Position numbers and translations under genes: made by a program. A stretch of 64,000 nucleotides of DNA from Carcharhinus longimanus (Eukaryota). Below are positions 1-11,446 of the stretch, in pieces. The DNA lies in NCBI GenBank assembly GCA_030264375.1, contig JASCQW010000032.1:58500236-58564235 (forward strand), read 5' to 3'. Numbering within the stretch: position 1 is the first letter of the stretch; each line of letters starts with the position of its first letter. Under the pieces are notes generated by a model, which saw only the letters and a list, made by a program, of their open reading frames with translations, did no database searches and was not told the DNA's origin.

Positions 1-204
1 ACCTGTAAAGACTTGCATTCCAACCATTATTTTGTAAATTGAGTTTTTGTCTTTATATGCTCTGTTTGTGAACTGAAATCCAACTCACCTGATGAAGGAG
101 CAGCAGTCTAGTGGCTTTTGCTACCAAATAAACCTGTTGGACTTTAACCTGGAGCTGTGAGACTTCTTGCTGTGTTTACCCCAACACTGGCATCGCCACA
201 TCAT
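1..204 (+). mobile_element. Penelope-like element terminal (pLTR) fragment with a disrupted hammerhead motif
   Basis: cacCTGATGAaggagcagc...ctagtggc...ctaccaaataaacctgttggactttaacctgg. Same family as 17722-17820, but the GCTCYGAAAG segment is lost. Confidence 0.6.
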
Positions 205-314
205 GAGTTTATGGAGTCAGCTTTCTATCCTGACATTATTAGCCTGATATTCTATATTTTTGCATTTTAGTAGTCTCCATACAATGGTCATGAAATAATC
301 TTGGTTATACTCAC

Positions 315-461
315 CCCAGTGCCCAGACACCCTAAGGCAGGTATCACCCTTTCTTGTGCAATGCACTGAAGGATTCTGGGTGCGCCATAAAGGCCTCCCA
401 TGCAGGAGGCTAAAGATGAAATGTAGAGCCCTAGCAACCAGAGAAATCCAACCAAGGCAAC
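315..461 (-). CDS. SLC12A8: SLC12A8 internal coding exon, last in window (147 bp, phase 0 to 0)
   Basis: Acceptor tgttctag|GTT and donor GGG|gtgagt. Translates [49 protein letters not shown], with the SLC12 GAPRILQ motif. The ORF-track entry 217..483 is a different frame over this exon. Confidence 0.96.
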
Positions 462-799
462 CTAGAACACAAGAATAAGTCAATGTGATAGATTAACAAT
501 GTAACTGTTCTGACTATTTTGTGTCTTTTTGAACTGAATTCTATGAATTGCTAGGGTATTTGTGCCCAATTATGTGCAAATAAATTTGCACATGCTGCAA
601 AATTCAAAGGTGAAGCAACTATTTATAGCACTTTAAACAAGCATATTTCGCAGTACAAATCACATAAGGATGGTCAGGTTTTTTGATAAAAATAATTCTC
701 ATGTGTGTTTGGAATCCCATGGAGATTTTAAATGTTCTTTTCTCATTTTTCTCATGTTTATTCCTCACAGGATTCAGTGACTGAATGTTAAGCAAAAAA

Positions 800-1420
800 A
801 TGACACTTTGTATTTATATGGCACCTTTAATGTCATGAAACACTTCAAGGAGTATTTGAAACCAATCCACATAGAGAGATACAAAGCTGCTGACCAAAAG
901 CTTGGCCAAAGAGATAGGTCTGAAGGAGCACCTGGAAAGGAAGAAAATGAGGTGAAGAAGAGGTGAGAATTAAGAAGATAATTCCAGAGTAGCTGAAGGC
1001 ATGCCACAGGTAGAGAAATTAAAATAGGCAATGTTCAAGGGACAATCATTAGAGGAGTGCATAAGTCTACGAGGCTTGTAGGACCAGAAGAAGTTACAAC
1101 AATAGGGAGGGGCAAGCACATGGAGGAATTTGTAAATATGCATTTTAAAATCAAAGTGTTGCTTGAACGAGAGCCAATATATGTCAGCAGTATATGCAAG
1201 CTAAGAAACAGGCAGCAGAGTTTTAGATGACCTCTGGTGACCAGAGGCTATATGTGGGGGGCTGACCATCGTTACGTTGGAATATAGAGATCTAGAGATG
1301 TCAAAAACATAGTTAAGAGTTTCAACAATAGATAAGCTGTGGGGAGGTAAAGATGAACAATTTTATGAAGGTTGAAATGGGCAGCCTTAGACATCAGTGC
1401 AGCTCTGTAGTTGAAAGACC
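800..1420 (-). mobile_element. Decayed L2-clade LINE 3' region
   Basis: Starts with ttgtatttatatggcacctttaatg (reversed L2-like tail), followed by purine-rich antisense RT-region sequence. Confidence 0.5.
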
Positions 1421-1440
1421 ATGCAGAGACCGAAGATAAT

Positions 1441-1577
1441 GGCCGGAATGTTATGACCTTTCACACCAGTGAGATTTTTCACTCCCACTGCAGTGAACAG
1501 AGATTTGGCTGGGTGCCAAATTCTCCAACCTCGCCACAGCAAGAGCATGGCATGAACAGCTGGTAAGATCATGCCTA
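1441..1577. mobile_element. Short MITE-like element, same family as 39125-39404 in opposite orientation
   Basis: actgcagtgaacagagatttggctgggtgccaaattctcc closely matches the reverse complement of about 39319-39358. Confidence 0.55.
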
Positions 1578-1699
1578 ATATCTTTGGTGTGCCCAATATT
1601 TAGATGGAAGAGATTTCTATTGATTCAATACAAGATGGTGGAGAAGCAATCGGAAATACAGAAACACTGGAGGAAGTAGGAGAAATCGTAGTGAGGTAG

Positions 1700-2390
1700 A
1701 CCTGAATGTTGTTTGTGGGCTCATGCCTAAATTCTCTTGAGAAGGTGATGGCAAGTCGCCTTGTTGGACTACGGCAGTCCATCTGGTGTAGGTACACCCA
1801 CACTGCAGTTTGAGAGGGAGTTTCATGTTTTTGACCCAGCCAAGTGAAGGAGCAGTGATATAGTTCAAAGTCAGGAAGGTGTGTGACTTACAGGGGAATT
1901 GGCAGGAGGTGGTGGTGGTGGATGCCCTTGTACTTCTTGATAGATGTCACAGATTTCGAAGGTGCATTTGAAGGAAACTTCGCAAATTGCTGCAATGCAC
2001 CTTGTATATGATCCACACAGCTGCCTCTGTGCGCTGGTGGTGAAGGTCCAAGGTATTGGATGGAGTGCCTATCAAGCAGACTGCTTTGTCTTGGATGAAA
2101 GAATGTGCATGGTTACAGGGAGAAAGTGAGAAAATGGAAATAGGTGAGTTGCTCATTCAGGGAGCTGCTGCAGACATGATGGATCAAATGGCCTCCTTTT
2201 GCACCATAACAATTCTGAGATGATCGCAAGGTTTTTGACTGTTGTGGCGCTTCACTCATCCAGGCAAATGGAGAGTATTATATTACACTCCTGTGCCTTG
2301 TAGATGGCAGACAGATTTTGGGGATTCAGGAGGTGAGTTATTCTCCACAAAATTCTCAACATCTGTTGTAACCACAATAATTACATTGCA
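1700..2390 (-). mobile_element. Decayed CR1/L2-group LINE 3' region with a small plus-strand CR1 tail inside (about 2100-2217)
   Basis: ccctaaattctcttgagaaggtgatggcaagtcgccttgttggac-like sequence is the reverse of the ggttcaagaaggcagctcaccaccaccttctcaaggg tail seen at 51830-51870, 56415-56460 and 61673-61710. Confidence 0.55.
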
Positions 2391-3084
2391 GTATACATAT
2401 GGCACTGATGCAATGTTATCAGATGACATCACCAAGGAGAAGACTGGAGATGAGAAATAAGAGTGGAATCATTCTGGTTAAAGTTTAAACTTTTATTGTA
2501 ACAGTAATTGGCCTGGAATCCATTTTCAAATTTGTGGGATTTGAAAATCTATAGATAGGAAGACTGATTCCACTATTTCTATTTAATCCAGTCATTTTGA
2601 TGAGTAAATCCTGAAAATCTCAATTTGGTTCATGGAAAAGGTCCGAAATTTTACAGATATTAGAGGGGCACGGTGACACAGTGGTCAGCACTGCTGCCTC
2701 ACAGGGACTTTAGGGGCAACTTCTTCACAGAGGGTGGTGCATTCTTGGAATGAGATGCCAGAGAAAGTGGTTGAACTTCTGTGTGGAAATGGAAGCTTTG
2801 AAACCAGATTAGACAAGTTTCAAATCTGGAAATCTGTTGCTAGTTTAATGTTCAGTCCATTTCTTAAACTACCCATGTAAATACGTTGCCTTTTACTGTG
2901 GAGTGCTAAGATTTTTAAAACCAGGGCATTTAAAAGTTAGGAATTAAAAGTGTCCATAACAGTTCTCGGCAACAGCAACTTAATTCCACTTCCCCATAAC
3001 CTTGCAATGTTCAGTTTTTTATTCTTTCACAGGACACGAAGTGCTAAGACAGCATTTTTATTGCCCAACACTAAATGTGCTTGA

Positions 3085-3410
3085 TAAGGTGCTGGGAATC
3101 TAAAACAATGAGGCATAATCTCAAGATAAGGGACTGATCATTTAGGACAGAGACAACTGCTTCACTCAAAGCATTGTGAATCTTTGGAATTCTCTACCCC
3201 AGAAGGGTTGTGGATGCTTCATTGTTGAATACATTTAAGGCTGGGATGGATACATTATTGGTCTCTCAGGAAATTAAGGAATATGGAGCATAGAAGAGAA
3301 AATGGCATTGGAGGTCAAGTTCAGCCATGATCATATTGAATAGTGAAGCACACATGATGGGCCATATGAACCACTCCCTCGTCTATTTCTTACGTTGATT
3401 ATGTTCTTAT
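3085..3410 (+). mobile_element. CR1 LINE 3' fragment
   Basis: ttgtgaatctttggaattctctacccca (VVNLWNSLP-like) followed by the cagccatgatcatattgaat CR1 3' UTR. Confidence 0.7.
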
Positions 3411-4937
3411 GGGCTGGACTTGGATATGATATGCCATGGGGATGGGTGGGGGGTATAGGTTGGCATAGATAGGACATATGAAGTGTATAGGGGATGAGGA
3501 TGTGTGTAGGGATGAATTTTATTAATTATTAAAAGTAAATACAGTAAATCCAGGCACAGATTCAGACCAGCTCTCCGACTGGCAACCTCAGCATTTGTTC
3601 CAGTGTCATCAGCCCGACTTCTTTTTCAGCCTGCCCCACCTCTCCTAACTGAAAACTCAACCTGTGGGTGGACATTTTAAAAGTCACGTTTGGTGAGCTA
3701 GAGAAACTCCTGGCTCTGTGAACCCGACACGGGGCTGATAATCTGGACCAGTTTAATGTCTCATCTGAAAAATAGTCGTCCCAACAATGCAGCACCCATT
3801 CGGTATCAGTGAGGTGGCTCAAACATAAGAATAATATGTTGAGCTATGGATGACATCTAGGAATACTACACAGTGTCTAACAGCAATGGAAATGTGGCCT
3901 AACTGCAATGGGGATGGGATCTAATGGCAATGGGAATGGGATCCCTGGGCTAGAAATACTGGGATTGAACAGGTGGATCTTGTGATTTTGATGCAATATG
4001 GAGGGAGGGGGTAAGCCTGGTATTTATGGAAGCAGTCTGAAATGTGGTAGAATGAGGAGAATGGAGATGGGTTCTGCTGGAAGGATGATAGAATCCATTG
4101 ATTCCTTACAGTGTAGAAGGAGACTATTCAGCCCATCAAGTCCACACTGACTCTCCGAATCACAATAAATTATGATGGAAAATGATGGAAATTATTTGAT
4201 GGAAAAATCGTGTAAAAATGAATTGTTATAGAAAACAAGCGTAACGTTTAAACTAAGTGCTAAAATCTGCAAAATCTGAATAAACAGTCAAGAGAAAAAT
4301 GTAAAGGTTCTTTAATATTCAAATATTGAGGAGGATTAAAATTATAAAGGGTTGCATTTACTGAAAGCCAGCATTCCGGGGGGTAGAAATTAACATTCAC
4401 GTTACCTTCAAGCTTACAGTTTTCTTTTTTGCTTTGTCCAATCATTTAGTGTTTTTTTTTGCTGTCTGTAACCTTATTTGCACCAAGTTCAATTCATTCC
4501 TCAGCCTTGTGCTTGCTAACCTATACTAACTCCTGGATAAGCAATGCTTATCTTCCAGGTCAACCGGACCCACTGGCCATGCACCCGTGCTGTGGGTTTC
4601 CTGGCAGCAAGGGATTTATTCATTGAGAAACCCCATTGACAATGGCGGGGCTGGAAGATCCTGCCACTGTGCAATGGTGGTCTGTCTCCTGTCGCCACTA
4701 AACATGCAGTGGTTGTGTGGTAAATCCCACCCCGTATTACATTAAATGCAAGTTGTTGTTATAAAACTGTAGAACTATAACATGGGGTCTTAATCTGCTG
4801 TCGCCTCAGAAGTCACACTGACAGTAAACTCTTGCACTAGAGGTTGAAGCAACCCAGTGTCAGGAAGTTTGTGCATACCGTGATTCAATAGATAGATAAT
4901 ACTTTGCTCATTTAGTAATGTATTCGTTCGTTTAGAT

Positions 4938-4996
4938 CAGGGGTCTCCAAACTACGGACCGCAGGCCACATCTGGTTCGGAGTTTGGAGTCCGCTG
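4938..4996. mobile_element. 59-bp hAT (Charlie-type) mini-element with perfect 8-bp TSD
   Basis: TIRs caggggtctccaaact and agtttggagtccgctg. Identical flanks GTTTAGAT at 4930-4937 and 4997-5004. Confidence 0.85.
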
Positions 4997-5351
4997 GTTT
5001 AGATGAATCTAGAGCATTAGGGAAATGGAAGCGCAGGCCNNNNNNNNNNNNNNNNNNNNNNNNNNNNNNNNNNNNNNNNNNNNNNNNNNNNNNNNNNNNN
5101 NNNNNNNNNNNNNNNNNNNNNNNNNNNNNNNNNNNNNNNGCCAGATAGGCTACATAATCCTTTAATTTATATTGACATAATCAAACAGAAGTCAGCGATA
5201 GCTGAAGCGAATAAGAAATTGTTTTACATAATTGTGCATGAAAAATGTATTCAAATATAAGCATCGCCATGGTAACACTGCATTATTCAGTTATCAGATA
5301 AAAATGTACAAAGCAGGAAGCTAGACTAAGTGAAACAACGTACATATTTAC

Positions 5352-5439
5352 CTTTTCAGCTATCATGAAATCATATCGGAGTGCCTCCCTTGTACAAACA
5401 GCTCCCAGCAAAAAAACAAACACTAGATACAGGAACCAT
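5352..5439 (-). CDS. SLC12A8: SLC12A8 internal coding exon (88 bp, phase 2 to 0)
   Basis: Acceptor ttcattgcag|A and donor AAG|gtaaat. Translates (S)[29 protein letters not shown]. Phases fit both neighbouring exons. Confidence 0.95.
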
Positions 5440-5724
5440 CTGCAATGAAAAAAATATGAGTTACTATTATTATTAAATTATTATTTTTCCTTTCAACCAC
5501 GTAATTAAGATGCATTTTTTTAAAAAAGGGCAAGTTATAACTCAAATGCTCAATGCTAAATTGAACACACAGTCCTATCTGTTCACTTGATACACGGTAT
5601 TCATTTTTTACCTGATTTCATCACTATTAAAGCGAAGACTATATTCCACATTCAATCTATAATGCAATGTTTCATTATCGTCTCTATTTCTACTTTATTC
5701 TTGGGAGTTTACAGAAAATCAGAT

Positions 5725-6015
5725 TTCTTTTTCATTCATTGCTAATTGCTCTTGAACTGAGTAACTTATTAGGCCATTTCAGGGTCAGCCACGTTGCTGT
5801 GGATCTGGAGTCACATGTTGGCCAGACCAGGTAAGGCAGACTTCCTTCCCTAAAGGAATTAGTGAATTAGATAGATTTTTATGACAGTCCACAATGGTTT
5901 CATGGTCATCATTAAACTTTTATTGATTTTTATTGAACCACCATCTGTTCTGGGGTACGAACCTGGGTCTGCAGAGATTTCAGATTACTAGTCCAGTGAC
6001 AATGCTACTGCTTTC
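5725..6015 (-). mobile_element. tRNA-derived SINE, family of 29615-29960
   Basis: ctggagtcacatgttggccagaccaggtaagg...ccttccctaaagga...gattactagtccag is the reverse complement of blocks in the 29615 and 34395 copies. Confidence 0.7.
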
Positions 6016-6350
6016 CCGATTGATAAAATAGTTGCTGAAAAGACTGAACTGTTTGAAAGTTGAAAGTTTGTGTGTATTCATAGCATTTTAAAACAATCTA
6101 TGCGCTTTTGCCACCCAAAGGTACGACTGACTTTGATAACTGTGTGTGTGTGTCCGTCCAACCAGATGTTTAGAATGGCAGGGGCTCACGGGGAACACAT
6201 CCCCATCATCTCTGAGAAATCAGCTACAATTTTACGCTCTAATGAGTGTTAAGTGACAGCAAATGGGATTTCTGCCCCTTATCCAGAAGGAAGTCCCACC
6301 TTGGAAGGCTGTCAATTATTGGAAAGTGCTGCGGTGTGGAGGGCAAGGTT

Positions 6351-7140
6351 GTCAATTTATCCACAGCAAGCTCCCATAAACAGCAATGTGTTAATTTAAC
6401 GTTAATTGGCCAGCAGCTCTCCATCCCCCACCAGGAACAGCGCTGCAATGGCCTGAAGAGGGAAGTAAAAAGCTCCCTAAGCCTAAGTCCAGGGAACCAG
6501 AAGGAAAGGTTAATGTCAGGGGTCTGGGCAGGGAGGGTAGGGAAGGCCAGGGGTTTCACAATGAGGGCAATCAAGGTCTTGGGGATAGGCCTGCAGTGTA
6601 ACAATGTCTGCCTTAAAGGGAGGGTGCTCCCAGTCAGAATGGGGCTTCTGATAAAGGTGTACCAGGCCCCATTCCCATCAGAGATCTAATTCTCTTCCGG
6701 TCTTCCGCTCCACAAATTGCCATCCACCTGCCAGCCTAAAAATTGAGGCTGGGTGGAAAATGGCCCCCAAGTTACCATTAACTGGCCACTTAGATGCCTT
6801 AACTGGGGCAAGGGCAGGCTTCCTGTCTGAAGCCTTGCCCGCCTGAAGGCTGAGGTAAGAATCTAAAGGAAGTCCCATCTGTATAATTTCATGCTCCCCG
6901 CAGCCCCCCCGCCCCCGAACCTCTGATCCCCACCAGTGGAGGAATACATAGCTCTGGCATTTGTGTATTTCTTCTGGTTCCCTGGCTCAGGGAGCTTTTT
7001 ACTTCTCTCTTCTGGCCATTGCAGCGCTGTTCCTGGAGGGGGGTGGAGAGCTGCTGGCCAATTAGACATGGAGATATCATTCAAATTAACACATTGCTGT
7101 TTGTGGGAGCTTGCTGTGGATAAATTGGCAGCAATAATTG
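6351..7140. repeat. Inverted repeat with arms of about 150-170 bp (6351-6503 and 6971-7140)
   Basis: Both arms read caatttatccacagcaagctccca(t/c)aaacagcaatgtgttaattt...aattggccagcagctctcca...gggaaccagaag. The ORF track shows NLSTASSHKQQCVNL on both strands. Confidence 0.85.
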
Positions 7141-7218
7141 TGTGTGTTTGTACATGTACGTGTGTGTATACATGTGTGTGGTATGCATGTATCGTATGCA
7201 TGTTTATACATGCATTCA
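7139..7218. repeat. Degenerate (TG)/(TA)/(CA) alternating purine-pyrimidine microsatellite
   Basis: tgtgtgtgtttgtacatgtacgtgtgtgtatacatgtgtgtggtatgcatgtatcgtatgcatg. Confidence 0.8.
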
Positions 7219-7790
7219 TAAGCTGTAATGACAGAGAACAAGGGCCAGCATGATATGCTTTAACTGGTATTGGAAACTCCTGTCTGCTTCAGCACAAGTT
7301 TACAAATATGATGAAGCAAGGAATTGTCTTTTACATAATTTCCGGATCTTAATGTTGGGTATGTGCCATTTCCAATTACTGCACAAAAAACAATTTTGCT
7401 AAAAGTTGGGTTCTCTTTTGAAAAGGTTTCAGAATGTTTTATACCTCATGCAGTCCATTCCCTTTTAATCAGCCTCATCCCTTTAAATTCCACTGACAAA
7501 TAGTTTCCCACAGAAACTGAAACAGGAGAATCCGTCAAAGAAAGTTGTGCAATGTTGGTCTGAGGAATCGGATGACCTCCAATGGGACTGCTTAGAGTCA
7601 GTAGACTGGTCGGTATTTAAAAACACCGAGACCCGTTTGAACGAGTAGGCCATTATAGTAACTCACTTCATTAGTAAACATGTAGAAGACTGCGTGCCAA
7701 GGAAGCAAATTCAAGTGTTTCCTAATCAGAAATCATGGATGAACAGGGATATCCACTGCTTGCTGCAGTCCAAGTCTGAGACGTTCAAGT

Positions 7791-8106
7791 CATCGAATCA
7801 TAGAATCCCTACAAAGGAGGCTATTCGGTCCATTGAGCCTGCACCGACACCAATCTCACCCTATTCCCATAACCTCACATGTTTACACTGTTCATCCCCC
7901 AAAACTGGAGTCAATTTAGCATGGCCAGTCAACCTAATTCACACATCTTTGGACTGTGGGAGGAAACTGGAGCACCCGGAGGAAATCCATGCAGACATGG
8001 GGAAAATGTGCAAACTCTACAGAGACAGTGACCCAAGCCAGGAATCAAACCTGGGTCCCTGGTGCCGTGAGGCAACAATGCTAACCACTATGCCATCGTG
8101 CCACCC
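7791..8106 (-). mobile_element. V-SINE (HE1-like) with CR1-type tail, nested in the Rex1 LINE
   Basis: Reversed tRNA head, V-domain ctttggactgtgggaggaaactggagcacccggaggaaa, and tail atcatagaatccctac. Confidence 0.88.
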
Positions 8107-8260
8107 ATGCAACTTTGGCCTATACAAGAAAGTCAGAAATGATCTAAGGAGATCCATCAAGGATGCCAAAAGACAATACGGGACCAAGCCTGGGTCCCAA
8201 GCTAGCAACATGGAATCCCGCCGACAATAGCAAGGTTTACAAGACATAACAGGCTTATAG

Positions 8261-8526
8261 ACAGAGGGAGGAGCCGAGGCACAGGCCATGGAGTTTGGAG
8301 ATGAGTTTTGTAGGAATAATGGTGTTGAAGGCTGAGCTTTAGTCAGTAAATAGGAATCTGACATTAGGTGTGTTTGTTATCTAGGTGTTCCAGGGTTGAG
8401 TGCAGGGCCAGGGTTTGTTGCTAGCCTGGGACCAAGCTTGGTCCGGTATTGTCTTTTGGCATCCTTGATGGATCTCCTTTGATCATATCTGACTTTCTTG
8501 TATAGGTCAAGGTTGCATGGGTGGCA
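8261..8526 (-). repeat. Composite inverted templated insertion copying 9040-9128 + 9287-9355 and 8099-8210
   Basis: Direct reverse-complement comparison; details in findings. Confidence 0.85.
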
Positions 8527-9005
8527 AGATGAAGGCGTGTAAAATCACCAGCACCAATGCATCTCTCCTCTTTGAGCACGAGGTCAGTGAGAGCATGCCC
8601 TCCACCCTAGAAGCCCTGGATGAACCTGTATCTGGGGTCACCATTGCAGATGTCAGAGCAGTCTTCTCGAAGGTCAACTCATGGAAAGTGACTGGCCTCC
8701 ATGGGGTACCCGGTCAAGCACTCAGATCATGCATGGACCAGCTGGTGGGGTAATTTGCAGACATCTTTAACCTCTTTATACAACAACATGAGGTCCCTAA
8801 CTGCTTCAAGAAGATGACCAGCATCCTGGTACAAAGAAAAGCCAGGCAGCGTGTCTTAATGATCATCATCCAGTGGCTCTGGCGTCCATCATTAGGAAGT
8901 GCTTCGAAAGGTTAGTCATGGTACAAATCAATTCCAACATCCCAGATTGCCTGGATCCACCATAGATCGCCTATCATTGCAACAGATCCACAGCAGGTGC
9001 CATCT

Positions 9006-9086
9006 CCTGGCCCTGCACTCAACTCTGGAGCCACTAGATAACAAACCCTGGCCCTGCACTCAACTCTGGAACACCTAGATAACAAA
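9006..9086 (+). repeat. Tandem duplication of about 41 bp within Rex1
   Basis: cctggccctgcactcaactctgga..c.ctagataacaaa occurs twice. Confidence 0.85.
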
Positions 9087-9128
9087 CACACCTATGTCAG
9101 ATTCCTACTTACTGACTGAAGCTCAACC

Positions 9129-9286
9129 AGTTGTGGACTCGCCAACTTTAAGGGCGTTCAAATGGTCAGTGGATTGGCATATGGATAATATTGGAATAGT
9201 TTAGGTTAGAGGGTCATTAGATTTGTTCCACTGGTCGACGCAACATCGAGGGCCGAAGGGCCTGTACTGCACTATAATGTTCTATG
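9129..9286 (+). mobile_element. CR1 3' tail inserted in the Rex1 RT region
   Basis: caacatcgagggccgaagggcctgtactgcactataatgttctatg tail interrupts gctcaacc|ttcaacacc. Confidence 0.8.
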
Positions 9287-10065
9287 TTCAACACCGTTAT
9301 TCCTACAAAAGCCATCTCCAGACTCCATGGCCTGTGCCTCGGCTCCTCCCTCTGTAACTGGATGCTGAATTTCCTAACCCGCAGACCGCGATCAGTAAGG
9401 GTAGGCAACAATGCCTCCTCTACGATCATCCTCAACACCATTGCCCCAGGAGGCTGTGTCCCTAACCTATTACTGTATTCCTTATACACATATGGCATTG
9501 TGGCCAAGTTCCCCACCAACTCGATTTTCAAGTTTGCTGATGACACTACCGTATTGGGTTGGATCTCAAACAATGACGAGATGGAATACAGGGAAGAGAT
9601 AGAGAATCTGGTGAACTGGTGCGATGGCAATAATCTCTCCTTCAATGTCAACAAAATGAAGGCGATAATATCAACTTCAGGGTACGTGCTGGAAGACATG
9701 GGCCCTGCCTATATCAATGGGATGAAGTAGAAACGGTTGAGAGCTTCAAGATTTTAGATGTCCAGATCACCAACAATCTGTCCTGGTCTCTCCATGCCGA
9801 CACAATAGTTAGGAAAGCCCAAAATCTCCCCTCCTTTCTCAGAGTACTAAGGAAATTTGGCATGTCCACTATGACCCTCACCACCTTTTATAGATGCACC
9901 ATAGAAAGCATTCTTACAGCTTGGTATGACTCCTGCTCTGTCCAAGATCACAAGAAACTATAAATGGTCATAATACCAAGTCCATCACTGAAACCAGCTT
10001 CCCATCCATTGACTCTGTCTACACTTCCCACTGCCTTGGAGAAGCAGCCAGTATAGTTAAGGAGT

Positions 10066-10132
10066 TTAAGTTTATTTATTAGTGTCACAAGTGGGCTTAC
10101 ATTAACACTGCAATGAAGTTACTGTGAAAATA
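10066..10132 (-). mobile_element. Isolated 3' tail of the alternative-tail V-SINE, inserted in Rex1
   Basis: tttatttattagtgtcacaagtgggcttacattaacactgcaatgaagttactgtgaaaat is the reverse complement of the tail at 13850-13912. Confidence 0.8.
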
Positions 10133-11446
10133 CCTTCACGCATCCAGGATGTACTTTCTTCCACCTTCTTCCATCAGGAAAAAGACTCAAAAGTCTGAGG
10201 TTATGTACCAACTGAGTCAAGAACAGCTTCTTCCCTGCAGCCATCAGACTTTTGAATGAAACTACTTCGCATTAAGTTGATCTTTCTCTAAACCCTGGCT
10301 ATTACTGTAACATTACATTCTGCCCTCTCTCCTTTACTTCTTGATGTATGGTATGCTTTGTCTGTATAGTGCACAAGGAACAATACTGTATACTATGTAC
10401 CAATACAAGTGACAATAATATATCAAATCAAATCACTCTCAGCAGTGGTTTTCTGCATGTATCCAAATTAGTGATTATTTATGCATATAAGCAGAGTTTG
10501 GTAATTTGAGTGCTATCAATCTCATGGGATTGGCACCAGTTCACAACCATTTGACATTGATTTATATCAGTAAATGGAAATCAGGATGTAGTCATTCTTC
10601 TCAAGCATGCATTTTATTTTGGAATGAGGTAATGTCAGGGACACAAAAATCATTCAAATTAAGCATCAGTGAACACCACTTTCCCACGTGAGTTCAGTTG
10701 CTAAATCAGCAAGGTAAACAAACCAACAATTAGGGGGCAAATATCCCAATACTGGTTCCCACCATTTTCTCAATATTAGCTACACTGAAATAAAAGTGCT
10801 ACTAAATTACCTGTGCAATCCACCACATTGTTTTAGAACAACCCTCAACATAATGAATACCCAGTTCTTCCAAGATGTATGGATTCCAGTTATCAAAGTA
10901 GGAATAATGGCAATATAGAGGTTTGAAGTTATAATGGATTAGTACAAATGTTGCTGACCTTCAAGGATAGAAGAGTTACTGTTCATAACATCTATCTCTG
11001 ACAGGAACACAGACTGATTTTAATATCCTGTTTATTCTGGCAAATTTGTGCTGGTGTGAATCCAGCACTGACTGCAATTTGCAACTTAGTGAACACCATG
11101 CCAAATCCAGTCACAGTAGAAGATCAGGTTTTGAGACAAGGCATAATGTACATGAATATTCTCCCATCCACCAGTGGGTCTAATGTCAGTAGCAATATGG
11201 GTCTTGTGCAGCCTAAATGGCACAGCTTCTCAAGCAAATATTCCTCCTGCTGGCTGACATTTGTTTGTGATTAATTTGTGTTTAGTGTTCCAAAAGCAGC
11301 CTTACATTTTGGGACACAAGCTTTAACCTAAGTCTTTAAAATTTCCACATACTTTTGAGAAGAATTGCTACTGTCAAATGTGTTGTTTTGTTTTGAGCAT
11401 AAGAGCACACAACTCTGAGGATGCAACAGAGAGGCAATGGTGACAG

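Larger units (their letters stand above)
7520..10434 (+). mobile_element. Rex1/Babar-clade LINE, 5'-truncated and decayed, with nested insertions
   Basis: RT motifs FNTVIP, WMLNFLTRRPRSVRVG, APGGCV..LLYSLYT and KFADDTTV; upstream FPNQKSWMN; (ATCAA)n tail at about 10422-10434; multiple stops and frameshifts. Confidence 0.88.

Noticed and set aside
217-483. 88-aa ORF as an independent gene
   Set aside because: It is an alternative frame overlapping the real SLC12A8 exon at 315-461.
3880-3950. Degenerate gcaatgg(g)aatggga repeats
   Set aside because: Low-complexity simple repeat without a constant repeat-spacer structure; not a CRISPR-like array.
6929-6945. CTCF-like ccaccagtggagg (also gctgccaccagag near 32168)
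   Set aside because: Partial motif match inside repeat-derived sequence with no supporting evidence.
9284-9730. 148-aa reverse transcriptase ORF as a functional or domesticated gene
   Set aside because: Fragment of a Rex1 LINE broken by stops, frameshifts and insertions.
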